Shown: positions 1 through 8,798, numbered from the stretch's first letter. The stretch is DNA of 64,000 nucleotides from Candidatus Woesearchaeota archaeon (GCA_964576755.1 CAZNUV010000002.1:9052-73051); one strand, 5' to 3'. Notes: generated from the letters alone by a model not told the origin. A program made the numbers and translations.

Positions 1-2
1 TG

Positions 3-197
3 ACTGTTCTTACTTCTGGTGAGTCAAGCCCATGGAAAATTCAAATTGGTATTAATTATCCGGGTATTGACTTGACTTATAATGGGAATGATAATACTAA
101 AGAATTGGGACAAGCACCAGTTCCTTATGAACTAATTATTGAAAATTTAGGTGCCTCTGCTGGAGATAAGGTAAACATTAATTTAAATGCAGAGTAA
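3..197 (+). CDS. 3' end of a CDS entering from upstream (65 codons); hypothetical, possibly first gene of the pilus-like locus
   Basis: The frame is open from the window edge to TAA at 195-197 (...ENLGASAGDKVNINLNAE*). It is absent from the ORF track because no start codon lies in the window. Confidence 0.3.
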   Translation, partial: TVLTSGESSPWKIQIGINYPGIDLTYNGNDNTKELGQAPVPYELIIENLGASAGDKVNINLNAE

Positions 198-263
198 TCA
201 ACATTAATTTAATAAACCTTAGAAATCTTTAGCTTTTAAGAGGTTTAATTAAAGAGGTAAAAA

Positions 264-1790
264 ATGGCAACAATCGATATTAATTTTAATCCACAAGTGC
301 CTTCTTTATTCAAGGAGAAAGATAAAAAGAATATTAACGTTAGATATATGGTAATCTCTCCTTATGCTTCTGTACATATTTTTTGGGATGAAAAAAATCA
401 GGAAGTTAGTTATGAATTAGAAGAACCTCTTTTAGATGATGCTGAGAAAAAATATCTTGAAAAAATTGAACAAGCAATGCACGAGATGATTAATATTAAT
501 CTTATTATTGAAAGAACAAAAGAAACTTTAATTGAATATGTGGATAAAACTACACGCCTTATTATTTCTGAGTTAGGAATTCGAATGCCCCAATCTTCTT
601 ATGAAAAGATTTTTTATTTTCTTTATAGAGATTTTGTGGGGTTAAATCAAATTGAAGCTCTTATGAACGATTATTTTATAGAAGATATAGAATGTAATGG
701 TGTTGGTGAACCTATATATATAGTCCATAGGATATTTAGAAACTTAAGAACAAATATTAAATTTAACTCTGTTGAAGGACTTGCAAGCTTTGTTGAAAAA
801 CTTGCTCAAAAAACAGGAAGATATATTTCTTATGCTTCTCCTTTACTTGATGGAAGTCTTCCAGATGGGTCTAGAGTTAATGCAACTTATACAAAAGATG
901 TAACTTCTAAAGGACCCACATTTACAATTAGAAAATTTACAAAAACTCCTTGGACACCTATCCAAATTGTAAGTTTTAAAACTTTGAGTCCTGAGATGTT
1001 AGCTTATTTTTGGATTTTAATGCAGTATAAGTCTAATGTAATGATTGCAGGAGCCACTTCTTCAGGTAAAACAACTTTACTTAATGCAATTGCATTTTTT
1101 ATTCCTCCAATATCTAGAGTTGTAACTATTGAAGATACTAGGGAGTTGAATTTACCTAGGGAAAATTGGCTTCCTAGTGTTGCAAGAACAGGTATTACTG
1201 CTGGAGGAATAGGGGAGGTAGATATGTTTAGTCTTTTGAAAAATTCATTTAGGCAAAATCCAGATTATGTTATTGTAGGGGAAGTTCGTGGAAAAGAAGC
1301 CTATGTATTATTTCAGGGGATGGCTTCTGGTCATGCCTCTATCTCAACAATGCATGCAGACTCTGTTGATTCAGTTATTAGAAGATTAGAAACCCAACCA
1401 ATTAATTTAAACCCCTCCTTAGTAAATGAACTTGATTGTGTTGCTATTATGACTCATGCAATTGTGGATGGTCAAGAAACAAGAAAATTAAGAGAGATAG
1501 TAGAAATTGCAAAAGTAGAGGCTGATGGAGTGGCCTTAACAAATACCCCCTTTGTCTGGGCTCCATCTAATGACCGTTTTTATTTTAAAAGAGAAAGTAA
1601 AGTGTTTGAAAAGATTCAAAGAAGATATGGAATTCCTAAGGCAGAATTATTAAAAGAGTTTGAATTAAGAACTAAATTGATTTATCAAATGTTTAAAAAA
1701 AAGGTTTTTAGTTTTGATGAAGTCCAAAAGGTTGTAAAAGACTATTATAGAAATCCTAAGGCAGTTTTAAGTTCTTTTGGTGTTATATAA
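264..1790 (+). CDS. Archaeal type IV pilus/archaellum-family secretion ATPase (FlaI/ArlI/PilB-like, GspE-VirB11 superfamily)
   Basis: 508 aa. Walker A GATSSGKTT, Walker B-like PDYVIVGEVRG, His-box GHASISTMHA. AGAGGT lies just upstream of the ATG. Confidence 0.85.
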   Translation: MATIDINFNPQVPSLFKEKDKKNINVRYMVISPYASVHIFWDEKNQEVSYELEEPLLDDAEKKYLEKIEQAMHEMININLIIERTKETLIEYVDKTTRLIISELGIRMPQSSYEKIFYFLYRDFVGLNQIEALMNDYFIEDIECNGVGEPIYIVHRIFRNLRTNIKFNSVEGLASFVEKLAQKTGRYISYASPLLDGSLPDGSRVNATYTKDVTSKGPTFTIRKFTKTPWTPIQIVSFKTLSPEMLAYFWILMQYKSNVMIAGATSSGKTTLLNAIAFFIPPISRVVTIEDTRELNLPRENWLPSVARTGITAGGIGEVDMFSLLKNSFRQNPDYVIVGEVRGKEAYVLFQGMASGHASISTMHADSVDSVIRRLETQPINLNPSLVNELDCVAIMTHAIVDGQETRKLREIVEIAKVEADGVALTNTPFVWAPSNDRFYFKRESKVFEKIQRRYGIPKAELLKEFELRTKLIYQMFKKKVFSFDEVQKVVKDYYRNPKAVLSSFGVI

Positions 1791-1843
1791 TTTATTTTTT
1801 AATCTTTAGCAATATTAATAAATCTCTTTTTCTAAGAATACCT

Positions 1844-2014
1844 ATGGTGGAAAGTTTAATTTTTTTATCTCAGCTAATTAGTTCTATGTCTGAAGCAGTA
1901 GAAAAACTTGAACAAGCAAAACACAAAAATAATCTTGAAGATTTTAGAAAATTGAAATCTCTTATATTGGGAATTCATAAGAAAATAGATTCAGAGGTAG
2001 AAAATGTTAAATGA
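1844..2014 (+). CDS. Small predicted coiled-coil ORF (56 aa), hypothetical
   Basis: ATG at 1844, TGA at 2012-2014. Sequence MVESLIFLSQLISSMSEAVEKLEQAKHKNNLEDFRKLKSLILGIHKKIDSEVENVK. Below the ORF-track size cutoff. Overlaps the next gene start by 11 nt. No family recognised. Confidence 0.2.
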   Translation: MVESLIFLSQLISSMSEAVEKLEQAKHKNNLEDFRKLKSLILGIHKKIDSEVENVK

Positions 2015-3260
2015 TTTAAAGAATAATCTGGCTTTAGAAAAACAGATTCTCCAAAAGTTAGAGAGTGCTTTATCAGGTTCTAAAAAGGATAATGTTTTAA
2101 TAGACTCTTTAAAAAATCAAATAAAAATTTTGAATAAACAAGTTCCAGTTCTCTTAGAAAAAGAATCCCCTATAAAAAAACTTTCAAATTTTAATTCTAG
2201 ATTAAATCCTTCTAAAGAAAAAACAGATTCAAATCATCCAGATGTTTTGAATAAAAAATCAAATTTAATTGGACCAAAATATGGAGAATCAGTTATGTCT
2301 CTTGAAAAAAAGGATTCCAAACAATTTGCAAAAGAAATGAAAATTTCTGAGGATAGTTTAGAAAAATTAAGAAAACAGCCTAAGGAAGAAAAAGTAATTA
2401 TCCGGAAACCAAGTCAAATGGCTCGGTTAGCAAATATCTTTTTTTCTAACTATTCTGAAAAACTTACACCCTATCTAACAGATTTAACAAGTGATTTAAG
2501 AAAATCAAATATGAAATTCATGACTTCTACCTATATTTCTATTGCCTTGATGACCACTTCTTTAGTCTTTATTGCTAGTTTGTTAGGTGTATTAATTCTA
2601 TCCACTTTTTATTTGAGTATTATTTCTTATCTTTGGGTTCCCTTTATTTTAGCTATTGGGTGTATAGTTGGATTTTATCTTTATCCTTCAACTGAAAAAA
2701 GTGATGTAGACAAAAAGATTTCAAATGAATTGCCTTTTGCAACTATTTATATGGCAGCTATTGCTGGTTCAAACATAGAACCTACTAAAGTGTTTAAAAT
2801 AATTGCTATGACTAAAGATTATCCTCAGATTAGTGTAGAAATGAAAAAAATAATTAATCAAATTGAAATCTATGGTTATGATTTGGTTACTGCTCTGAAA
2901 AATGTTTCAAAGAGTACACCTAATAAAAGAATGGGAGAATTATTTAATGGGATGGCTACAAATATTATCTCTGGAGGAAGTTTAAAAAATTATCTAGATA
3001 AAAAAGCTGAGAACTTTCTAATGGATTATAAATTAGAAAGGCAGAGATATTCTGCATTAGCAGAGACTTTTATGGACATTTACATTAGTATTTTGATTAC
3101 TGCTCCGATGATTTTAATTATGATGTTAGTTATTATGAATATTACTGGGCTTGGGGGTGGATGGGATTTAAATCTTATTTTGATATTATCTATTTTTGGT
3201 GTTGCAGCGATTAATGTTATCTTTATGTTTGTACTAAAAGTTAAACAACCAACAACATAA
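2004..3260 (+). CDS. FlaJ/TadC-like pilus platform membrane protein, N-terminal half (one T2SS-F-type domain)
   Basis: 418 aa. Hydrophilic coiled-coil N-terminus, then TM helices around a FlaJ-type cytoplasmic domain (ELPFATIYMAAIAGSNIEP...GYDLVTALKNVSKSTPNKRMGELFNGMATNIISGGSL). Confidence 0.7.
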   Translation: MLNDLKNNLALEKQILQKLESALSGSKKDNVLIDSLKNQIKILNKQVPVLLEKESPIKKLSNFNSRLNPSKEKTDSNHPDVLNKKSNLIGPKYGESVMSLEKKDSKQFAKEMKISEDSLEKLRKQPKEEKVIIRKPSQMARLANIFFSNYSEKLTPYLTDLTSDLRKSNMKFMTSTYISIALMTTSLVFIASLLGVLILSTFYLSIISYLWVPFILAIGCIVGFYLYPSTEKSDVDKKISNELPFATIYMAAIAGSNIEPTKVFKIIAMTKDYPQISVEMKKIINQIEIYGYDLVTALKNVSKSTPNKRMGELFNGMATNIISGGSLKNYLDKKAENFLMDYKLERQRYSALAETFMDIYISILITAPMILIMMLVIMNITGLGGGWDLNLILILSIFGVAAINVIFMFVLKVKQPTT

Positions 3261-3261
3261 A

Positions 3262-4098
3262 ATGAAATTACTAACAAAGAGAAATATCATCGGAGTGGTT
3301 TTAGGATTATTGATCATAGTTGGTTCTTTTATCTTTTTTAGTAGTGATAATATCAATATGTTTTATTTCTTTAGTATTATTGCTCTTGTAGTAGCTGTTC
3401 TCCCTTTTGTTTTTACAGTTATTATGGAAACAAGTAAGGAAAAAGAAATAGATAAATATTTTTTAGAATTTGTTAGAGATTTAGTTGAAAATGTTAAATC
3501 AGGAACTCCAATAAGTAAAAGTATTAGTAATCTTGGTCAGAGGAATTATGGTCCATTGACCCTTTATTTAGAAAAATTGATTAATCAAATATCTATTGGA
3601 ATACCTCTGTCTAATGCTTTTACAACATTTGCAAAAGACACTAAGAGTGGAATGATTTCTAGGGCAGTTAATCTTATCTCTCAAGCAGAACGAGCTGGGG
3701 GAGAGATTGAGACTATTTTAGAATCTGTTTCTACATCGGTTAATCAAACAGAAGTTTTAAGACAAGAGCAGAAATCTGCTGTTTATAACTTAGTAGTTCA
3801 AGGGTATATTATTTTTATGATTTTTATAGTCATTATGTTAGTTTTACAATTTAAAATACTTCCATTAGCTACTGGAATAGGGGATGTTGAAGGTCTTTCT
3901 TTAAGGACTGCTTCGCTTGATGTTAGTAAATTTACTACCCCTATCTTAATGATGTTACTTGTTCAATCTTTTTTTACAGGACTTGTAATTGGTAAGATTT
4001 CAGAAGGAACTTATAAGAATGGGATTAAACACTCATTTATACTAGTTGCTCTTGCACTTCTAATTTCCAGTGCTGCAAATGCCTTTTTAGTTGGATAG
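3262..4098 (+). CDS. FlaJ/TadC-like pilus platform membrane protein, C-terminal half (second T2SS-F-type domain)
   Basis: 278 aa. FVRDLVENVKSGTPISKSI...AERAGGEIETILESVS with flanking TM helices. The ATG lies 1 nt after the preceding TAA. Confidence 0.7.
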   Translation: MKLLTKRNIIGVVLGLLIIVGSFIFFSSDNINMFYFFSIIALVVAVLPFVFTVIMETSKEKEIDKYFLEFVRDLVENVKSGTPISKSISNLGQRNYGPLTLYLEKLINQISIGIPLSNAFTTFAKDTKSGMISRAVNLISQAERAGGEIETILESVSTSVNQTEVLRQEQKSAVYNLVVQGYIIFMIFIVIMLVLQFKILPLATGIGDVEGLSLRTASLDVSKFTTPILMMLLVQSFFTGLVIGKISEGTYKNGIKHSFILVALALLISSAANAFLVG

Positions 4099-4176
4099 GT
4101 TTGGTTATAGATTTATAAGAATAAGAGTATTAATTAAATTGGTTAAATATATAAATTTAGAAAAACTTTGAATAAA

Positions 4177-4866
4177 ATGTTAAATAAGATGGGTGCAAGT
4201 TCACATTTAGAAGTAATTATTTCATTTATCCTATTTTCTTTATTTGTCCTTTCATTATTGTTTTATGTTAACCCGTTTAAGAATACAACATTGCCAGATA
4301 CTTTAATTGAGAATATCTATGAATCTTTTATTCGGGATAATTCTGTTGAGTTAACTAAGTTTTTTTTAGATATTAATTCTCCAGAATCTTGTATGGACGT
4401 TACTCTTCCATCAATATTTGATTTAAATGATGTAAATTCTAGAGTTTTTGATTCTAATGGAAATCCTGCGGGATCGAGCATTGTAGCTGGATTGGTTATT
4501 GATTCTTCTAACAACCCTTTTTATGTTTTTCTTTCTTCTGATTTTTTACCTGGGACTGGTTGTGACAGCCCATCCCCCATTGATTGTGATGCAGGAGAGT
4601 GTTCGATCGGAAGTGTAGAAAAAAGAGAAATCGTTTCTGAATCAAAAGTATTGTCTATAGTTGAAGAATATAAAAATAATTATGAAGTTTTAAAAACACA
4701 ATTGGGAATTCCAAAAAATGTTGATTTTGCAATTGTATCTGAAGGGTTTGAAATGGAGATGTATATTCCAGAGGATTTAGAGGTTATCTCAAAATCCTAT
4801 TCAATAGAAGTTTTATACTCTACTGGAGAAATATTAAATAAAGATTTTATTTTTAAGATTTGGTAA
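4177..4866 (+). CDS. Pilin-like protein with putative class III (prepilin) signal peptide
   Basis: The ORF track starts at TTG 4168, but ATG 4177 lies 21 nt after TATATAAA (4148-4155). The N-terminus MLNKMG/ASSHLEVIISFILFSLFVLSLLF is a short basic leader followed by a hydrophobic helix containing Glu. Confidence 0.45.
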   Translation: MLNKMGASSHLEVIISFILFSLFVLSLLFYVNPFKNTTLPDTLIENIYESFIRDNSVELTKFFLDINSPESCMDVTLPSIFDLNDVNSRVFDSNGNPAGSSIVAGLVIDSSNNPFYVFLSSDFLPGTGCDSPSPIDCDAGECSIGSVEKREIVSESKVLSIVEEYKNNYEVLKTQLGIPKNVDFAIVSEGFEMEMYIPEDLEVISKSYSIEVLYSTGEILNKDFIFKIW

Positions 4867-4875
4867 TATATTCAA

Positions 4876-5286
4876 ATGGGAAATATTTTTAAAAAAAGGA
4901 ATAAAAGGGCCTGGATAAAAATTGTAGAAGCAAGTATAGCAATTATTATTATTGCAGGAATTTTACTTTTTGTTTATGCACAAACTCCAACGAGGATTGA
5001 AGTTTCTGATTATGCTTATGATTTACAGACAGAAATTCTACAAAAAATTGCATCTGATTCTAATTTGAGAAATGCAGTTCTTATTGAAGATAATATCACC
5101 TTAATAAATTACATTTCTGGAGAGCTACCTGATTTTTTTGATTTTGAGATTATTATCTGTGAAATTGATGAATATCCTGGAGTAGATATTACAAATACAG
5201 AGGTTTTTGTAGAAGATAGGGTTATCTCTGGGGATTTAGATACGTATGGGCCTTTAAAACTGAGGTTTTTTATTTGGCAAAAATAA
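4876..5286 (+). CDS. Pilin-like protein with putative class III signal peptide
   Basis: 136 aa. The N-terminus MGNIFKKRNKRA/WIKIVEASIAIIIIAGILLFVYA has the same leader geometry as the preceding gene. Confidence 0.45.
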   Translation: MGNIFKKRNKRAWIKIVEASIAIIIIAGILLFVYAQTPTRIEVSDYAYDLQTEILQKIASDSNLRNAVLIEDNITLINYISGELPDFFDFEIIICEIDEYPGVDITNTEVFVEDRVISGDLDTYGPLKLRFFIWQK

Positions 5287-5297
5287 GCTCCTTAAAT

Positions 5298-5305
5298 TAT
5301 AAAAA
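5298..5305 (+). promoter_or_regulatory. TATA-box-like element for the HerA-like gene
   Basis: TATAAAAA ends 21 nt before ATG 5327. The same spacing is seen at many genes in this window. Confidence 0.4.
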
Positions 5306-5326
5306 CCCTGTTAGTTTAATTTTAAT

Positions 5327-6637
5327 ATGCCATTTGATGTAATTATCGGAAGGAATAAGTCTGATAAGCAATTGTTTGGAAAAGAAGGGCTTGTTTATAT
5401 TGGGAAGACTTATGTTCAAATGGGAAATTATACCTCTTTATCTAATCCTGTTCTTTTAGATGTTGCACGTTCACATGTTATCTTAGTTTCTGGAAAGAGA
5501 GGTTCTGGTAAATCTTATACTCTTGGGGTAATTGCTGAGGCTATTGGAAAAATGCCTAAAGAGGCATCTCAGAATTTAGCTCCTTTGATTTTTGATACAA
5601 TGGGAATATTTTGGACTATGAAGTTTAAGAATGAAAAAGATAAAGAATTGTTAGATGAATGGGGTTTGAAGTCAGATAATGTACCTGTAAAAGTTTTTTC
5701 ACCATTTGGTTATTTTCAAGATTATACTGATAAGGGAATTCCAGTTGATAAGGAGTTTGCAATTAAAATTTCTGAATTGAACCCTAATGATTGGATTTCT
5801 GTTTTTGAACTAAGTTTTACAGACCCAATATCTGTTTTAATTGAATCGGTTATTTCAGATTTAAAAGAAAAGGAAAATTATAACTTTGAAGATATCAGAC
5901 AAGCAATAGTCAATAAAAAAGACACTAGTCAAGATAATAAAAATGCTGCTGTTGCACTTTTTAATGCTGCTGAAACTTGGAAAGTTTTTTCAGAAGAGAA
6001 AGGAACTTCTATTTCAGAGTTGGTTACTGCCGGGGAAACTACTATTGTTGATTTATCTATGTATTCAAGTATTGGGGTATTTAATATTCGGGCTTTGATT
6101 ATTGGTCTTGTTTCTAGAAAATTATTTGAAGAAAGAATGAATGCTAGAAAACATGAGGAGATTCAGGCGGTTCAACATGGGTTAGATTATCTGTATTATA
6201 AACCTAAACGAGAGATGCCTATGATATGGATTTTTATTGATGAAGCTCATGAATTCTTACCTAGGGAGGGAACTACTCCTGCAAAAAATGCTTTGATTCA
6301 ACTTTTAAGAGAAGGAAGACAACCAGGTATTTCTTTGGTGCTAGCAACTCAACAACCTGGAAAAATTGATGTTGATGCAATGACTCAATCTGATGTTGTT
6401 ATCTCTCATCGTGTAACTGCAGAACCTGATGTTCGTTCTTTGAATGATATAATGCAGTCATACTTATATGAGGGTATTAAAACTAAATTAGATAATCTTC
6501 CAAAATTAAAAGGAAGTGCTATAATTTTAGATGATAATTCTGAAAGAGTATATCCCATGAGGGTAAGGCCTAGATTTACTTGGCATGGTGGAGAAGCTCC
6601 AACAGCTATTAAAGCTAAGAAAGAAGGTAGACTTTAA
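5327..6637 (+). CDS. HerA/DUF87-like P-loop ATPase (FtsK-HerA superfamily)
   Basis: 436 aa. Walker A SGKRGSGKSYT, Walker B IWIFIDEAHEF, and LREGRQPGISLVLATQQP. Confidence 0.7.
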   Translation: MPFDVIIGRNKSDKQLFGKEGLVYIGKTYVQMGNYTSLSNPVLLDVARSHVILVSGKRGSGKSYTLGVIAEAIGKMPKEASQNLAPLIFDTMGIFWTMKFKNEKDKELLDEWGLKSDNVPVKVFSPFGYFQDYTDKGIPVDKEFAIKISELNPNDWISVFELSFTDPISVLIESVISDLKEKENYNFEDIRQAIVNKKDTSQDNKNAAVALFNAAETWKVFSEEKGTSISELVTAGETTIVDLSMYSSIGVFNIRALIIGLVSRKLFEERMNARKHEEIQAVQHGLDYLYYKPKREMPMIWIFIDEAHEFLPREGTTPAKNALIQLLREGRQPGISLVLATQQPGKIDVDAMTQSDVVISHRVTAEPDVRSLNDIMQSYLYEGIKTKLDNLPKLKGSAIILDDNSERVYPMRVRPRFTWHGGEAPTAIKAKKEGRL

Positions 6638-6662
6638 TTTTATTAATTTTTAGTTAGACTTT

Positions 6663-7643
6663 TTATTTTTCTAATATTAAAAAATCATGAGCAGATTTTG
6701 CAGCAATTGCTCCTTCTGCAGAAGCGGTTACAACTTGTTTAAAAGAATTATTAGTATTGTCTCCAGCTGCAAAGACTCCAGAAATATTTGTTTTTGCTTC
6801 TTTATCTGTTACAATATAACTATCTTTATCCATTTTTAGTTTAAGATTTTGCATAATTTCTGCAACAGGGGTTGCTCCAATTTCTATAAAAACACCATCG
6901 ACATCAAGTTTAATCTTTTCAATGCTCTCTTGACTTGTTTTTTCATCTTCAATTTCTTTTTCAATTTCAATTGCCTTAACAGTATTGTCTCCAGTTATTG
7001 CGATCGGATTACTTCGATAATGAATTTCAACATTTTCTTTTTCATTTAATTTTTTGAGAGATATAGGTTCACATCTCATTGTTTTTCTTCTGTAAATTAT
7101 ATAAACTTTTTTTGTAATTTCTGAGAGATATAGTGCAGCTTTTGCAGCAGAATCAGCTCCTCCAACTATTGCAACTGTTTTTCCTTTAAAGAAATTCCCA
7201 TCGCAGGTTGCACAATAACTTACCCCTTTCCCTATAAATTCTTTTTCACCAGGAACATTTAATTTTTTATTTTCAGTTCCCAAGGCTAGTATTAATGTTC
7301 TTCCATGAATTTCTTTATTTTTAATTTCTAGTACAAAACCATTATCATCTTTTTTGATATTATGAACCTCTGCTTCAAGAAATCTTGCTCCAAACTTTTC
7401 AGCTTGTTCTTTAAATTTTTTCATTAGTTCTGCTCCAGAACCTATATATCCTGGCCAGTTTTCTATTTCTCCTGCTAGGTTTGCAGTTCCTCCAAATGAT
7501 TTTGCAACTACGGCAGTAGATAAATGATATCTATTTGTATATATCGCAGCTGTTAGTCCTGCTGGACCTCCACCTAGAATTAGAACATCATAGTGTTCAA
7601 TTTCCTTGTGGTCAGTTCCTTTTTCATATATATGTTTTACCAT
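6663..7643 (-). CDS. trxB: Thioredoxin-disulfide reductase
   Basis: 326 aa. FAD motif VLILGGGPAGLTAA, redox-active CATCDG, second dinucleotide motif VAIVGGADSA. Confidence 0.9.
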   Translation of the reverse strand: MVKHIYEKGTDHKEIEHYDVLILGGGPAGLTAAIYTNRYHLSTAVVAKSFGGTANLAGEIENWPGYIGSGAELMKKFKEQAEKFGARFLEAEVHNIKKDDNGFVLEIKNKEIHGRTLILALGTENKKLNVPGEKEFIGKGVSYCATCDGNFFKGKTVAIVGGADSAAKAALYLSEITKKVYIIYRRKTMRCEPISLKKLNEKENVEIHYRSNPIAITGDNTVKAIEIEKEIEDEKTSQESIEKIKLDVDGVFIEIGATPVAEIMQNLKLKMDKDSYIVTDKEAKTNISGVFAAGDNTNNSFKQVVTASAEGAIAAKSAHDFLILEK

Positions 7644-7728
7644 TTTTTGTATATTGCTATAACTGCCCAGATATTTTTAAATGTTGGTGAACTCTGTAAA
7701 CCTTACAATCCAAGAATATTCAACAAAG

Positions 7729-7736
7729 TTTAAATA
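7729..7736 (+). promoter_or_regulatory. TATA-box-like element for tyrS
   Basis: TTTAAATA ends 21 nt before ATG 7758. Confidence 0.4.
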
Positions 7737-7757
7737 TGCTTTATTCTCAATAAAATT

Positions 7758-8771
7758 ATGAATATTAAAGAAAAACTAGCTTTAATTAAGAGAAATACTC
7801 AAGAGATTTTAACAGAAAAAGAACTTATAGAATTACTTGAAAAAAAAGAGCAACCAGTTATTTATTGGGGTACAACTCCTACTGGAAGACCTCATGTAGG
7901 ATATTTTTTACCTATACTAAAAATTGCAGATTTTTTAAAAGCAGGGTTTAAAGTTAAGATTTTACTTGCAGATTTACATGCTGCTCTTGATAACACTCCT
8001 TGGAATGTTCTTGAAAAAAGATATGATTATTATGCTTATGCAATTCCTTTAATGTTAGAGGCTATGGGTGTTGAAACAAAAAATCTAGAATTTGTGAAGG
8101 GTTCTGATTTTCAGTTAAAACCAGAATATATGCACGATGTTTTACAATTATCAAGCCTTGTATCAGTTCATGATGCAAAAAAAGCAGCTTCAGAGGTTGT
8201 AAAATTTGGAGATAATCCTCAACTTTCTGGATTAATATATCCAATAATGCAAGCTTTAGATGAAGTTTATTTAGAAGCAGATGCACAATTAGGTGGGGTT
8301 GATCAAAGAAAGATAATGGTTCTAGCAAGAGAAGGTTTACCTAAACTGAATTATGAATCTAGGATTGAAATTATGAATCCTATGATTCCTGGATTAATTG
8401 GAAAAAAGATGTCTGCTTCTGATGAAAAGAGTAAAATTGATTTGCTTGATGATACAGAAACAGTTAAATTAAAATTAAATAATGCAGATTGTGTTTCTGG
8501 TAAAGTGGATAATGGTGTTTTAGCATTTTTGAAACATGTCTTAATGATAATTAAACAAGATAAAAAAGAAACATTTATTGTAAAACGGGATGAAAAATAT
8601 GGTGGAAACTTAATTTATGAAAATTATGAACAGATTGAAAAAGATTTTATTGCAAAGAAGGTTCATCCTTTAGACTTGAAAAATGCTCTTGCAGATGAAA
8701 TTTCAGTTTTATTGAATTCAATTCAAAAAAATAAGAAAATCTTTGAACTTGCTGAAAAAGCTTATTCTTAA
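7758..8771 (+). CDS. tyrS: Tyrosyl-tRNA synthetase (archaeal type)
   Basis: 337 aa. HIGH-like PTGRPHVGY, KMSKS-like KMSAS, GGVDQRK. Confidence 0.9.
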   Translation: MNIKEKLALIKRNTQEILTEKELIELLEKKEQPVIYWGTTPTGRPHVGYFLPILKIADFLKAGFKVKILLADLHAALDNTPWNVLEKRYDYYAYAIPLMLEAMGVETKNLEFVKGSDFQLKPEYMHDVLQLSSLVSVHDAKKAASEVVKFGDNPQLSGLIYPIMQALDEVYLEADAQLGGVDQRKIMVLAREGLPKLNYESRIEIMNPMIPGLIGKKMSASDEKSKIDLLDDTETVKLKLNNADCVSGKVDNGVLAFLKHVLMIIKQDKKETFIVKRDEKYGGNLIYENYEQIEKDFIAKKVHPLDLKNALADEISVLLNSIQKNKKIFELAEKAYS

Positions 8772-8775
8772 AAAT

Positions 8776-8798
8776 TTTTGTCACTCGCGAGGACAAAA
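8776..8798 (+). other. Hairpin 5 nt after the tyrS stop (TTTTGTC-aCTCGCGAG-GACAAAA)
   Basis: 7-bp arms with a GC core that is itself palindromic (CTCGCGAG). Confidence 0.3.

Noticed and set aside
3080-3277. Many 60-130-aa ORFs in the track lie antisense to, or out of frame with, long well-supported genes. Examples are 3080-3277, 4317-4514, 6849-7049, 8062-8328, 9591-9830, 10039-10242, 10271-10657, 11785-11979, 13254-13535, 15728-16443, 17822-18139, 20598-20861, 26498-26767, 28522-28890, 40564-40962, 57306-57641, 58861-59193 and 61149-61436.
   Set aside because: They are embedded in genes with clear family motifs. Their products are low-complexity or hydrophobic mirror translations typical of AT-rich DNA. 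None has its own TATA or SD at the spacing seen for real genes.
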